Shown here piece after piece: positions 51,167 to 64,000 of a DNA stretch of 64,000 bases. Source of the DNA: Owenia fusiformis (lineage: Eukaryota); NCBI GenBank assembly GCA_903813345.2, contig CAIIXF020000001.1, positions 27,714,001 to 27,778,000 on the forward strand. Direction: 5' to 3'. The position numbers were made by a program, and so were the translations under genes. How positions within the stretch are numbered: the first letter of the stretch is position 1; the number at the start of each line of letters is the position of its first letter. Below the pieces are notes generated by a model that saw only the letters and a list, made by a program, of their open reading frames with translations, ran no database searches and was not told the DNA's origin.

Positions 51167-52084
51167 GTAAGTCTGTTTTTCATTTCATTTTTGTCTCTTG
51201 GATATTGTGCTTATGCTCGAAAATGGTTGATGCAATAAAATTAATGCGCTGTTAGGTTGAATGTTTTACTAGCTTCTGGAAGGTAAGTGACAGTATCATT
51301 CTTTAGCTAAGTCTTATTTTCCACGTTCAAAATTGTCATGATAAAAAAATATTTGGTTGTACAGAGAGTAATTAACTTGAAGAAAATGTAGAAAGTCACT
51401 CCTCTTTTTGGTGATTTTGAAGTCATGTCTGCATTTTACAGTTCAAAATCAACTTCTATAGTAATTTGCCACTACCTTCTAATTAAACTCGCTATATTGT
51501 TTCTCAAAACATATTCTCTCAAAATCAGAAACTAGAGGATATAGTCTAGGTACTTGTAAAGTGCTGACAAAAAATAATTGAAGAGTCATGTATTTTGCCT
51601 ATTTTCTTAAATTTGAACATTTAATTTCTCAAACTGCTGAAAAATGTCCCTTTAATGATATCTACCAAAATGAATGTCTCCAAAGCTCCATACCAGCGTA
51701 TGTACTATCATGGGCGTTCAACTAGTTGAAAGCCCATGGTACTATGCATGATGCATTTCTCACAAGTTTGAGTTCTAATTTTGATAAAGTTTAGTAGGGG
51801 CAATCTCCACCAGGTTTGCTTATCGCGGTTTGACCATTTTGGAAGGAAAACTCTATTTAGTTTGAAAAGTTTGAAAACCTAACACTTATTTATCATGAGT
51901 ACACTGTAGTCTCAGGTTTTGATTCATTCAACATGTTCAAGGTGCTCTTCCAATGGAAGTTCCTTGTTCCCTAGTAAGAATCATTTTAATATGTGATTAT
52001 TATTAAATTCATGCTCACATGTCGCTGTCTCAGAGACATTGTTGCAAAATATATTTTGGTTGATTTGTTCCATGTCCATTATAG

Positions 52085-52301
52085 ATGTCACTCCTTCCAC
52101 CTGAATATGATGAGGTGCAACCGCAATATTATGATCCTAGCTTCACTGCAGATATCAGTAACCAGATGCGTATCCCAGAAACCATAAGTGTACATGATGA
52201 CCAACAACAGGAAGAACGGGAACAATGGAAATATAGTGCTGGAGAGAAAGTAGGAAATACAAGGCGCAGTATGATTGTTCCAGATAAAATAGTTATAGCA
52301 G
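52085..52301 (+). CDS. MFF: Mitochondrial fission factor (MFF/Tango11) coding exon 1
   Basis: YDPSFTADISNQMRIPETI and MIVPDKIVIAG correspond to the two N-terminal MFF repeats (MRVPEKL / MQVPERIVVAG); donor G|GTTAG, phase 1. Confidence 0.9.
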
Positions 52302-52622
52302 GTTAGAACAATATACTGATATACCCTATTGTTATTAACTTACCTCCCTCCAAGGCTGTCTCTGTATTCTGGCCTTGTGTAATATACAACCCACTAGTGA
52401 CATAATATGTCATTCTCAAGAACAACACTTAATTTGCGGAATCTGGCATTTGTTAAGTACAGAAAAACACAAATTATACGTCTGGATGTGAAAATGTCAA
52501 TATTGGGGGGTATCAAAATTGTCCGATGTATATGTATACTGACTCTTTAACATTACAGCAGTACATGCATTCATGTAATTAGTGATGTATTTATCTTTTA
52601 TTTTATCTAATTTTTGCAAAAG

Positions 52623-52839
52623 GTGATGAGAAACATGTTGGATTGAAGAAAGATCTACCACTTAATTTTGACGACACTTTCATACCAAACATGTCACAGC
52701 ACGTTGGAATCACTACTCCCCCTCGAGTCCTCACATTGGAAGAACAAAGCTTCCCAACGGTTGAAGAAATGGAAGAAGTAAAACAGCAGCATCTACGCAG
52801 CATGCCTGAACACAATGGCGTGATAATACAGAGCAAAAG
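52623..52839 (+). CDS. MFF: MFF coding exon 2
   Basis: Conserved TPPRVLTL motif; AAG|GT acceptor and AG|GTAGGG donor, phase 2. Confidence 0.9.
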
Positions 52840-53193
52840 GTAGGGCAAATAACAGGTTCAGTATTTTTTTAATGCACTTGAATCACACTTTGGGCAATTT
52901 TATGAAATAACATTAAAATTTTTTGAAATATTAGAGAATTGTCTATTAACTCATTGATCAAGTTAGTATAATATCAACTGATAAACACAAGTTGAAAAGA
53001 AAACCACTTTGAATCATAAAAACTTAACAATGAAATACTAGTAAGATGTATAGTGGGTAAGCTCACACAGTTTTATGTGAAGAAGTAATCTAGGTTTTCA
53101 TTATAGACTATACTGTAGATACACTTGTTATGGCTCCTGTTTTAATTTGATGGATTGGCGGATTCAGAAAATCTGCCAAATTAAAAATCTGTC

Positions 53194-53899
53194 AAAGGAG
53201 GAGGGAAAGTATCGCAACTGATTTCGGACAGTCATGTGTTGGATTGTGACTATTCTCTGAAGATTTAAATAAGTGCATATGTTAGATCAATGCATTACCT
53301 CCAGGAAAAGCACGCATAGAGATGATAAAATAATTTTGACTTTGAGACAGGGGAGGTGCAAACAACCCACCCACATGTTTTTTCTGAAATGTTGTTCTTA
53401 TTTTCAAGCCCTTCCATCCCTGCTTTTTAAATTTTTGTTGTATCAATATGTTGCGTTTTGACACACAGTTAGCCACTTTAAAGGAATAAGTGATTCCTTC
53501 AGGGGTTTTAAAGATATCCATTATGGGTGACCAAAATTAGCTGAAAGCAATGGATCGCATGAGTTTTCCCTATGTGAAAAATAACATGGGAAATATTGTT
53601 TTCCACTTAATCTAAAAGGAATCACTTATTCCTTTAAAGGGACTAACTGTGTGTCAAAACACAACATATTGATGCAAGAAAAATTAAAAAAGCAGGGATG
53701 GAAGGGGTTGAAAATCAAGAAAAAATTTCAGGAAAACCATGTGGGTAGGTTGTTTGCATCTGTCCTGCCTCAAAGTCGAAATAATTTAATCATCTCTAGA
53801 AGTGCTTTTCCTGGAGCTAATGCATTGGCCTAACATATGCACCTGTTTAAATCCTCAATGACTGTCCAAAATCTGTTGCGCCAATTTCCCTCCTCCTTT
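53194..53899. mobile_element. MITE with ~300-bp inverted arms in an MFF intron
   Basis: AAAGGAGGAGGGAAA ... TTTCCCTCCTCCTTT; the two arms give similar pseudo-ORFs on opposite strands; mini-copy at 54834-54891. Confidence 0.85.
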
Positions 53900-54217
53900 C
53901 AGTTTGGAATTTTTGTCCTATGCTCTTCAGAAATTAAATTTCTAGGGCCCCTTTTCCTGTCAACATGTTAATATCAATTCTACATTATTCCAAAAGAAAT
54001 ACAAAAAATATCTTGGTAAATACATACCTGTCCCAATGACATAAATATAGAAAAAATAAACTTCAGTCCTGATTCAGCCAAATTAAATAGCCGCCAATAT
54101 TTGAAATTGAGCAAATATTTCAAATTAAGTAGCTTCAAAATAAGTGTATCTACAGTATTAGTTACTGGACTTGAATGTCTTAATCCTTATTGTTAAATAT
54201 TCTTGAAACACTTGCAG

Positions 54218-54455
54218 TCCTAGTCAACCTATACCTTACACACCCGGTGTCACCCCACTAGATGGCTCTCTATTAGTAGAAGATGAAGTTGATGATGTCA
54301 CAGCTTTAAGACGTCAGGTATCTAAACTAACACGACGGGTTATGCATCTAGAAGAGGACAATCAGGCCAAGTCTAATAGGGACCTTATACTATACCCTGT
54401 AATAGTGCTATACTTTATTATGAGATTTGGACAGTGGCTAATAAGGACAAATTGA
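54218..54455 (+). CDS. MFF: MFF coding exon 3 (coiled coil plus C-terminal tail anchor)
   Basis: TTGCAG| acceptor; ALRRQVSKLTRRVMHLEEDN then hydrophobic LILYPVIVLYFIMRFGQWLIRTN*; 223 aa in total. Confidence 0.9.
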
Positions 54456-55438
54456 AATGCTTGTGACACCTGACCTTGACCTGAAAGTCTTGGGAAATTA
54501 GAAAGGAGACAGTTGGGCTTGGAGAATTGGAGAGATGACTTGCTGGTGCAAAAATTGATTGTACAAAAACAATGTGTTTGATCTGTAATATTAGAATATT
54601 TATGTAGAGTTAACAACAAGAGGATAGTGTCTGGAACATTAACATCTATGATGTCATTACGATTGAACATTTTTATCGTTGAGACTCTTTCTTCCTACGA
54701 TTGTTTAATATCAACAATTCCCAGTCTGAGAACTATTTTAGAATAAAAAAGATTTGTGTGATCTTAACAAAAAACTTGCCAATCTCAATTTATAGAATGA
54801 GAAAGATTTACTTGGGCATTTATTTGTTCCAGTAAAGGAGGAGAAACATATGTCTGTCCGAAATCTGTTGCGATACTTTCCATCCTCCTTTCTTATCATT
54901 CAAAAAAAATCTATTTAACATTTGCAGTATTCAAGTTTGTAATATTCAAGTTTGTACAGTATTGGTTTTCTAATAGACCATATTGTGTATGGAAGCAAAA
55001 CTAAAGTTAAAATATTTGTAGAAATGAAATGAGACCTTCTTTGGCAATCATATGTAAACTTACTTTGGATTGAATGTGCAACAAAGATTTTATTTTTCTA
55101 TTCCAAGTTCATATAAAATCATGTCTTAATCTATTTTGGCACATTATATTTTACTAAAATGTTATTTTGATGTGCCAATTGTAATTGAGAATACATGTGC
55201 AGGGTGTTAAAGAATACTTATATTAATGCTGCCACATTTTCCCTTGTTCAGTATTATATTTCTGAGTTGATTGCAGGTTAGGTTAGCCAAAGTTGGTTGG
55301 CAGTGGTTCTGATCTTCACACCTTATATCAGTCATATACATATACATCACTGTACATGTATTCAAATTGCCCGTCTAAAATACTTAAAATATATCTGATC
55401 CAAGGGTAACTGTATGTACCTATAACCTTCAGGCTTAA

Positions 55439-55769
55439 AGGCAGAATCAGATCTATGGGGGTGACAAAATTACAAGCAACATGTACAACTGACCTACCAA
55501 TCTATTCCTTACAATCTCAAATGCAATATCTCCCAAAAGATTCATGAAATGTCATAAATTGGTGAAGTTATAATGGATTCAGAGTGCAAAAATGGGTAAA
55601 AATGTTTAAATTCTCCCAAATAATAAGAATGGTGACCATTCTTATAGAAAAATAATATATTATCGTAAAAATCTTTAGTTTTCCTGAAATAAAGTGAGCA
55701 CTGCGTGGATTTTTAGGAAAAAGACATGAAAATTTTTTGTTAGGCTGCTCGCTAGATCTGATTCTCTCT
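55439..55769. mobile_element. MITE with AG termini and TTAA TSD (Kolobok-like)
   Basis: TTAA|AGGCAGAATCAGATCTA ... TAGATCTGATTCTCTCT|TTAA; partial copy at ~15927-16110. Confidence 0.7.
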
Positions 55770-56705
55770 TTAATTATCTTGAATATAATTCAAAAATAAT
55801 ATAATTACCAGAAATGCAGTTTATCAAAAACAATACACTGCAGATGCAACTTATGATTTCTGAAATTTCTAGGATTTTGATCAATTTAAGTTGCAGACCT
55901 AAACCTCCACTGGCAGTCAATTCACTAACACTTGTAGACTTGTGGAACATTTACATTACATCAATGAAAACTCATGCAGCTGACAAATGAGCCAGAAATA
56001 TTAAACAACAAAAATGTTACAAGCATTGTATAAAGACTTATCAAACCAAACAATAGTTGCAGTTCACACCTTTGATTTTCTATTTTCATACAATTTTTAT
56101 TACTGATTGTGTTGTATTATGACAGCCACATGTCTTCATCTTTGATAACTTCTTTCTACCACCTTAGGGACCTGTCATTTTTGGGTTCTGAATGGCTTTA
56201 ACATACATGTATCTTTGACTTTTGAGTGATCAGTTACTAGTGAAGGAAATGCACAGTTTTTCTTTCGACAACATCAAAACTTTCCAAAAATATGTTTTTA
56301 CACACAGTTTTATGAGAATTTTCCCTCTAGATTTTTCACATGATAAAATAGCAGCCAAAAATTACTGTTGAAGCAAACGAAATTCTGCAATTCAAGAATA
56401 ACAGATATATCATGTAGATATGTATGATATAGCTTGAAGCTTAACTTCACTGTAGAAATATGCCAAATTATGTAAACATTTTCTGTTTTTGTAATAATGT
56501 AGTAAACTTTGTTTTAAATATATTGATAATTTGAAACACATGTAGTAATGTTTTCTGTTTATACCGCAGAAAGAATAATTGACCTTTTGCCAAATACATG
56601 ATTATTGTTTATGCTCATAGACTGATTGAGCTATGCTGAGATGGTTGAGATTTATGAATAATATAGATAACTACCATTGCTAAAAACTTTCTGTCAAGTA
56701 CTACA

Positions 56706-57327
56706 CAAAGGACTAGGTGTGGTATGGCTAGGGATTTAGATGGTCATATCTTTCACCATAAGTACTTTCTCAATTTAAATATGACATTTCTCATTTTAAC
56801 ACAATATGTTATCTTTCAAGTAAATTCTCAAGGATTATAAAAATATCAATCGAACAATTCGAAAATTATGGATACCCCATGTCAAAATGTTGAACCTATT
56901 TACTCAAAAGAGGATCTTCTTTTCTGCTTTTTTTTTATTATTGCATGAAACGATTATTCAACAGGGGGTCCAAAATTTCTTCATAAGTAGAAGGTATTGA
57001 AAGTCTAGTTTTGAATATATCAATTTTCAATAACCAAAATTATGCTGAAAACAGTGGAAAGTATGGGTTTTAACTTGATCGCATTGCAATCCCCATCGCT
57101 TTTGTGAACTTGTTAATACTGTACAGTGTAGAAGAAACTTTTGATATATTTAAATTGAGAAAAACATTTTTAATAAGTGATTAGGTGGGTCTAATCCATA
57201 ATTTTTCATAATTATCATGAGCACTTCACTTTAAAGACAACATATTGTTTTAATAAAGTACTCATGTGGGGCATGGTGAAAGGTATGACTGTCCAAAATC
57301 ACTTGCTATACTATACCAGGTCCTTTG
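56706..57327. mobile_element. Diverged MITE
   Basis: CAAAGGAC...GTCATATCTTTCACCAT / ATGGTGAAAGGTATGAC...GTCCTTTG inverted arms. Confidence 0.6.
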
Positions 57328-57550
57328 ATATGATTTATTATACTTTTAATTGTGTCCCTTTTAGTTGAAGTCCCTTTCTGATCTCAGTGCAACCCTTGGG
57401 TTGTATAAAATTGTTTAAATTAGAATTAGGACGTGATGTACATGTGTTGTCAATAAGCAAAACTTGTTTTTGATAAAGGAATCTCTGGTCAGTATTATTC
57501 TATTGGACCGTATATTAGAAAATGACAGATCCCCAAAAGACAATTTGAGA

Positions 57551-57585
57551 GACGTCATCTCATTGGTCAACAGTAGTCACGTGAT
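57551..57585 (+). promoter_or_regulatory. Candidate promoter module (CRE-like, CCAAT, E-box/CLEAR-like)
   Basis: GACGTCA, ATTGG and GTCACGTGAT within 35 bp, followed by a GTAAGT donor at ~57697. Confidence 0.4.
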
Positions 57586-58977
57586 ATTGTAGGAACCAGC
57601 TCAAAATTTGTTTCCTTTCAGTTTTCTTTGCGTTCTTCAATGTATGTTTTAGTTCAAATATCTACCATCTTAGATCAAAGATTTGTTGTACATGTAGTAA
57701 GTAAGTAACTTCAGATGAACATGTCATTCCATTTGTATGAGTAGGCGATACGTACATCAAACTTGGAAATTTAAAACTGCTGAGTTTCAATCAGATTTCG
57801 ATTTCGATTTTGAATTTGATTTTTTTCTCTTTTTGCCGACGACGAGAGTGTTCTGGCGAAAGGAGATTGGGATTCCAAATTTTTAGAAGACTGGAAACAA
57901 GATTCAAGTATTTTTCAAGACTGCTGACTCTTGTTGGGCTATTTTTTATCCCTATTGACTTACCCCCATAAATGTGGGGTAAGCTTAATTTTGAGTTTTT
58001 TGATATTTAGGACATTTATTTCTCAAAATAACCCCACAAATTTAAGGCTTTGATTTTTTGCGATTTTTTCCTTACCTTTTTTTCTCTTCTGTGAAGAAGA
58101 TTCTTTTTCCAGTGTACCCGCCAATGTAATGAGCGATCGATCAGTCGAAACGATGCTTTATAACTGTAACAATTTGCTGCAATATTTGACTCTCGCAATC
58201 TAATCACATTTCGGTCGACTGTAGTTCAGGCACCAGGGGCGGATCTCGGAAGCAACAAGGGGGGGGGCCAAATTTCAGATCAGAGAAAAAACCGTACGCG
58301 CTTGCGTGGAAAAAAATTTTGGGCCCCTAAAACCCAAAAGTGGGCCCAAATTTTGAAATTTTGAAAAATAAGGCCTGAAAAGGCCCAATTATGACCAAAA
58401 AGGCCCACTTTTTGGGGCCTTTTTTTTGGGCCCAATTTTTTTTTCTGGGCCCACCCAACTATGTTACCATGGTAACAAAAATAAAAGGATAATGATGTCA
58501 TAGAACAATGAAACCTTCATGGTGTGTGATCCTATCTATTTGGGTTATATTGTGTGAAAAAATTACTAAGAAGGGATAAAAAATGGCAAAAATAGAGCCA
58601 ACGGTCCAGAAATTCCTGATCACCCCTCGTACTAAAGCATTGACTATATTATAACATCCTTCAAGGTTCATTCATTTTATATTGAAGGCACCTTTAAGCA
58701 TATTTTGGCTAATTTATTTAATATTTCTATTGTTAATTTGTCATATACATTTAGGTTAGTTTGTATTTACATAATTATAGTTATACTACATGTACATATG
58801 TGACTTATCTATAGATATTGATACTTCTGAAACTTTAACTTTGACACATGCACTCGAAATTTTATGTTATATAATTTAGACCAAGTATTCAATGATTCTA
58901 GGTACAGTGAAACAATACTGAAGAATATAAAAGACATGTACATAAAGATAAGCTACGGGCTAACATAGATGACATAA

Positions 58978-59024
58978 ATGACTAAGAAAGGAAATTCTGC
59001 GATGAAGCCCAATCGCCAAAAAAG
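58978..59024 (+). CDS. Unidentified gene, putative first coding exon (MTKKGNSAMKPNRQK)
   Basis: Exon 58902-59024 bounded by TTCTAG| and AG|GTGAGT; phase 2 matches the next exon. Confidence 0.45.
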
Positions 59025-61084
59025 GTGAGTTTTTAACTCAAAAATGTGAGCTTTATACCAATAGGACATCTATAGAAGGAAAGGTAAGTGAAATATTTTA
59101 CAAAAACATTTTAGCCTTTTCACTCCTCGTCCATATTCTGAAAATCTGACCTTAGAATTTTGTAATAAAACTGAATAGAGTTTAATATTCAAGAATTAGA
59201 CATTTCTGCATGCTAAATCTTAAAAAAATGTCATAATTTGACAAGTCATGTCAAATCGTCTTTGAGATATTGGGTTTATGTAAAGGACAAAGTGATAGCA
59301 TGAATGAGTTGAAAATGTTGCTCACAAATTTTTTTAAAATAATGTTCTTTTGCAGATTCAACCTTTAATTTTATTCTCATACATGCCAGGCTTATATACA
59401 TTTTCTACTTTTTAAATCAAAAATTATAGTGAAGAAATAGTGCCATGACACTTGATGCCTATATTCTGAAAAAACTAAAAATTTGATGATTTGGAAGGTT
59501 TCCTGGAAAATATGGAACGACAGCAGGGGACATGTAGACATAAAATCTATTTTGATAACTAATCTAACCCTAGGTCAGACCAACGCATTGTTATATCTTT
59601 ATCATAAAGTGTAATACTAATATTTCATGTTTACAATACATTTGAAATTTTGATATTACATATCAACAGCCGCTTATTAAAGGTACTGTAAACAAGTTGA
59701 CATTGAAGCCTTGTAAGTGAGTATTTGCAACAAGAGTCAACTTGCTAAATGAAAAAAAAATTCTGTCTAATTTAACAAATTCAAATAAAGCTTTTCTGAA
59801 TTTGCATGTCAGTTTTCTTTTTTATCAAAATATTTAGTACAACCTCTTTCAAAAATGATTAAAAGATTACTTTTTTATGATTTCTCATATTTACCGAATT
59901 TCTTTGAATTGTAACAAATGAAAATAAACTATTGCCTAAACTTATGATTAATTTCTTTAAAGGATTTAAAGCTAAGCCAATCTGCCAATATAAGCTTTCA
60001 TCCGATGCAATATTTTGGTAGGTCCTTAATCACCTTGAAAGGGAGAGAGAAAGCTTGTTTTAATAACCTACTGTGTGGATTCAATGAGGGGATTCTAACA
60101 GGGGTCAGCTCAAAATAGTGATATTTTAAGATGTATGAATTAAAAGGAAAATAAAATTCAGCCTTACACTGAATCAATTATATTAAGATCAATCATGTAA
60201 TTTACAATTCAGTCTGAAAATCCATTCAAGTTGGCACAAATAATTGCATTCAGTAAAAACCATTATGAATTTCATGGTTGCCCCCTCAAAGTCACTTGAC
60301 CACTTGTGTTATGATGGTCTACGGTCAAGCCTTAAGCCAAATTTCAAACATACTCATTGACAGCCGAATTTCAAACTCAAGTATTTTTCTGTAACATTGT
60401 CAAGGGTCACAGTAGACATTTAATTGCCTGTTACCACCTATAGTAGCAACTAGAGATATATATGTAGTTTGAGCATGTCATGATATAAGTGGTGTATAGT
60501 CTGTGTAGATTAATGAGTAAAGTTTTGGAGTTTGGATTTTTTTTCTCTGGATTAAGTGTTTAATTAATGGTTGACTAGTGATGTTGTCATCAATAATGGT
60601 AAGTAGTCTTGAGCATTAAATATTTAATATGTCACCACCAAAAATGGTGACATATTGTTATGGTTTGCAACCTTTTTTGTGGATGGTGTTTGGTGGTATC
60701 TGTAACAAATGGCAGGTGGTGACAGTTTGCATTTTAATGCCTTGTTTACATATTTTTTTTTATATATCAAATTAAATTATATATGTTTGATTTTGTTGAT
60801 ATTATTCTGATGCAACTATCCTGGTTTGGAATTATACAGCCACATTGCATGTGTCAAAATGTTAATAGTTGCTTTAACCATGGGCTCTCAATCTCTTGAA
60901 AGCCCATGCTTTAAAATGCTATACTGTTAACTACTCAGTTTCAGTTTTAAGGCAATTTAATTATAAATGAATATATGATTAATTTTGGATTCAGATGCCT
61001 TTTTAATGTAACTAAATATTCAATGAAAAGTTTCATTTTAATGGTCTTAATTATGATAATTGACTATAATGCTTAACTTTTTAG

Positions 61085-61280
61085 GAACAGTATGGATTCA
61101 AGGAAAATTGAAAATTCCAAGGTGCACAAAGGTCCTACAACGTCATCACGGATTATCAGTCTTCCCTTTATCCACCCTGTGAACCTGGCCCCACCCTCAG
61201 GTCATACCATGCCATCTATTCCCCAACCCAGTCAGCAAGGGGTCATACATACGCACAAGCCGCCATGTAACACATACAAG
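61085..61280 (+). CDS. Unidentified gene, putative coding exon (Pro/Ser/His-rich)
   Basis: TTTTTAG| acceptor, AAG|GTAAAC donor, raised GC, open frame NSMDSRKIENSKVHKGP...PPCNTYK. Confidence 0.5.
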
Positions 61281-64000
61281 GTAAACTTATTTGATAAACC
61301 TGAAAATGTTCTCTTGTATGAATTCTCTGGACCAGCATCATATAATATATTCCCATTTAGATTCATATGGTGTTTGTAAGAGTGAGGGGGTCATGAGGGT
61401 TTGATACTTCCACTGAGGATAAGTAGATCTCTAGATATGTTAAAGAAATCTAATTGGAAAAATAGTGGTAGTAACATATAAAAATTCTCTGGAGACCCCA
61501 TGGAAATATACATAAAAAATAGAATTCAGAATTAAAATCAATCCATGATATAAATATTACATTGAGGTCAATATCTTTACTTCTGCCCCCCCCCACTTCT
61601 CTTAGAATATGTATTGTCACCCCCAATGTACTGTTAGACAGTATTTGTGTACGAAACAGCTAAAAGATATGCCAGACTTCTTCAAATGATAACCATGAAT
61701 TGATATGCCATATAGTATATGCACTTTTATGTTTGCATAGTATAATATTGCTGATAGTCTGGACTATTGAATCTCTTTTATCTATGTTACTAAAGATAAT
61801 TTCAAACCAAAACTATGGTAAATATCAATTTTTGATTTCCTTTGTTGTGTTAACTTGCTAGATACTTGTTCTTTGGAAATGATCCTCTTGGGTATAAACT
61901 ATGAATGTAATGAAATCGAAGGCAACTGAAAAATCAATCTGGGGAAAATGTTGCCATATACCCCTGAGGAAATATTGCATGACTGTATTCTAAGCTATAA
62001 TAACATAAATAAAAGAAAGTCTCAAAGTCATTCTATCGCGATGAGACTTTGACCCGAAAATTTTAATATCAATCTATAAAGGGCTCCATTGAGTTTGGAA
62101 AATTGTTTGATGAAAGTTGAATTAAAAACACCTCCAATATAAAAGTTCATATAAGTCAGTTATTTGTTTCTCTTTTTCCTGAAGGAGTTTGGATTGATTT
62201 TTTCACTAACTTTATGAGGGTAAAATGTAAAACATAAACTGTAGAGTTGTTTATAAATATTTGATGAAATTGTCTCAAAGCAGTAAATCTGGTAAGGTAA
62301 CGTCTGAGGAATGAGGATCAAATGATTATCAGTGCAGTGATCTCCCCAGAAATTGTTTTCAACTGGGTGCAACTTTTTTGGTCTGAAAAAAAAATCAAAA
62401 AATTTTGATGCGCTCACCACCTTCTCAATTTTTACAGCTTGTTAACTTTTCTACAGATAACATGTATTTTATCTTCAGGTCAATTTCAATAAACTGGAAT
62501 TTACCAAACTCCCCTAATTTCTTAAAAGTGGACTAATCCAGTCGATTTGTTTGGAGCCGCCATATTGTTTTTATATGGGAAGCTTCACGTAACCCTTTAA
62601 TGTCTCACCTAGCAACACCACTAATTGAATAATGGATGACCAAGCTACAATAGGCTCTTAGTTTAAACGATTGAAATCATGTTTATATGAATGATAAATA
62701 TAATTACAACTTTGTTTGGAATAACAATCATTATTTTTCTATTTACATTAAATATTAGTTGTCTTATAAATTGGTTTCATTTTCTCTTTGAGTGTTCTTC
62801 AAAAACATGAATACCTGTTATAAGTTTTACTTTCCATCTTTTATACAAGAAATAATGAGGTTGTTTGTGATATGCCTCATGTTGGGCCACATATTTGGGA
62901 GCATTTCAAAAAATCATTCACGATAGAAGAATTGAAAGGGGAGTATGTAAGGGGTCACTTTTGCTTGGTTGGTTCAAACAATACTATTTACAACATTTGA
63001 TATGTAACTACATTTAATTATATAAGTATAACCAAAAACTATGGAAAGTACATGTAATATATAGAAACAACTTTTATTCAAAAGGCAAATGAAGAATGGA
63101 AAACCCCAAGACTTACTGATAGATATGGTATTCTTTCTATTTCTTTTCTGTGCAAGTCCTTACCTGTAATGAATCACTTGTACTAAAAGTTGATAAACAT
63201 TAACAAAACTGAATGGACTTTTCCCTCTTTAGCTACTTACCACCCAATGTAAATCTATGGGATACATCAGTATCATTTATTTACAATGCAATTTAGTTTA
63301 CCACCACTTTAGCCTTTTAGAAGAATAGGAGGGGATCATCTCAAAACAGATTAATATCTTTACTTTTTAATGTAAATTATTATATTTATATGTTCCCTTT
63401 TATTCTATTTGTACATTATACATGTATATGACCTTGTATATTTGAGTTCTTTACTAATTTATGAAGTAAGTGGTGAGTTTTGCTCTCAGAAAATGTACTT
63501 GAGACACCCTGTCCCTGCTGTGGTGTGTGCTCTAGGTTCACATAAGGCTTGAGGGGTTGGAGAACAATTCCATTATCCGGTCTATCTGTTTCTGTGTCTT
63601 AGAATCTCGAAATGGACATTTGGTATTGAGCTAATGGCCAGACATACGAATATACGTCTTATATGTGAGCATTTTTTAATAGATTTAAACCAGTTGGTCC
63701 TTTTGCAGGTTTATATTTGCAAGTAAAAAGTGAGGCCTTAGTATCACTTAGAAATAACTGGTGATCTAAAAACATGAAAAGCATTTTTTTAAATGTTCTA
63801 TGATAGATGCAAGTAAGTAGTTCCCAGTTTCACTACCAGGTGCCTGATTCGGGGTAATTAACTCGAATATTATCAGTTTAAGTGATCAATTTCCATGTCC
63901 AGTGAAAGAAAATATTATCTGCCCAGCACAAAGTCACATTTTCAAAGAAGATTAAATTTCGGTAACGTTGGCAGCGCTTGCATTAGGTTAGAAAATTTAT

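Noticed and set aside
53273-53833. Paired similar ORFs on opposite strands (KKQGWKGLKI)
   Set aside because: Mirror translations of the two MITE arms

Overview
AT-rich, intron-containing eukaryotic genomic DNA, most likely an invertebrate (lophotrochozoan-like; the taxon is my inference). Main content: (1) A minus-strand USP24-like deubiquitinase. I traced 21 phase-consistent GT-AG coding exons from ATG 42236 down to 14852 (~1015 aa). I found no further exon before the window start, so the catalytic half is not in view. (2) A two-exon carotenoid cleavage oxygenase (BCO/RPE65 superfamily, 690-869 + 7594-9033, 539 aa) on the plus strand. It has all four Fe-binding His but also an apparent signal peptide and five N-glycosylation sequons, and probably lies inside a USP24 intron. 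(3) A single-coding-exon class A GPCR nested antisense in a 10.6-kb USP24 intron. (4) A mitochondrial fission factor (MFF/Tango11) gene at 52085-54455. (5) The 5' part of an unidentified spliced gene at ~57.5-61.3 kb. The rest is dense with non-autonomous elements: MITEs with TA, TTA, TTAA, 4-, 5- and 9-bp target-site duplications (two have Transib/RAG-like CAC..GTG ends and 5-bp TSDs), Helentron-like satellite-carrying elements, a foldback element, tRNA-derived sequences and minisatellites. I saw no transposase ORF, CRISPR array or prokaryotic feature. The best candidates for novelty are the putatively secreted carotenoid oxygenase, the nested-gene arrangement, the CAC/5-bp-TSD elements and a structured ~370-nt Pol III-type unit. 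All calls were made by eye, without database searches.
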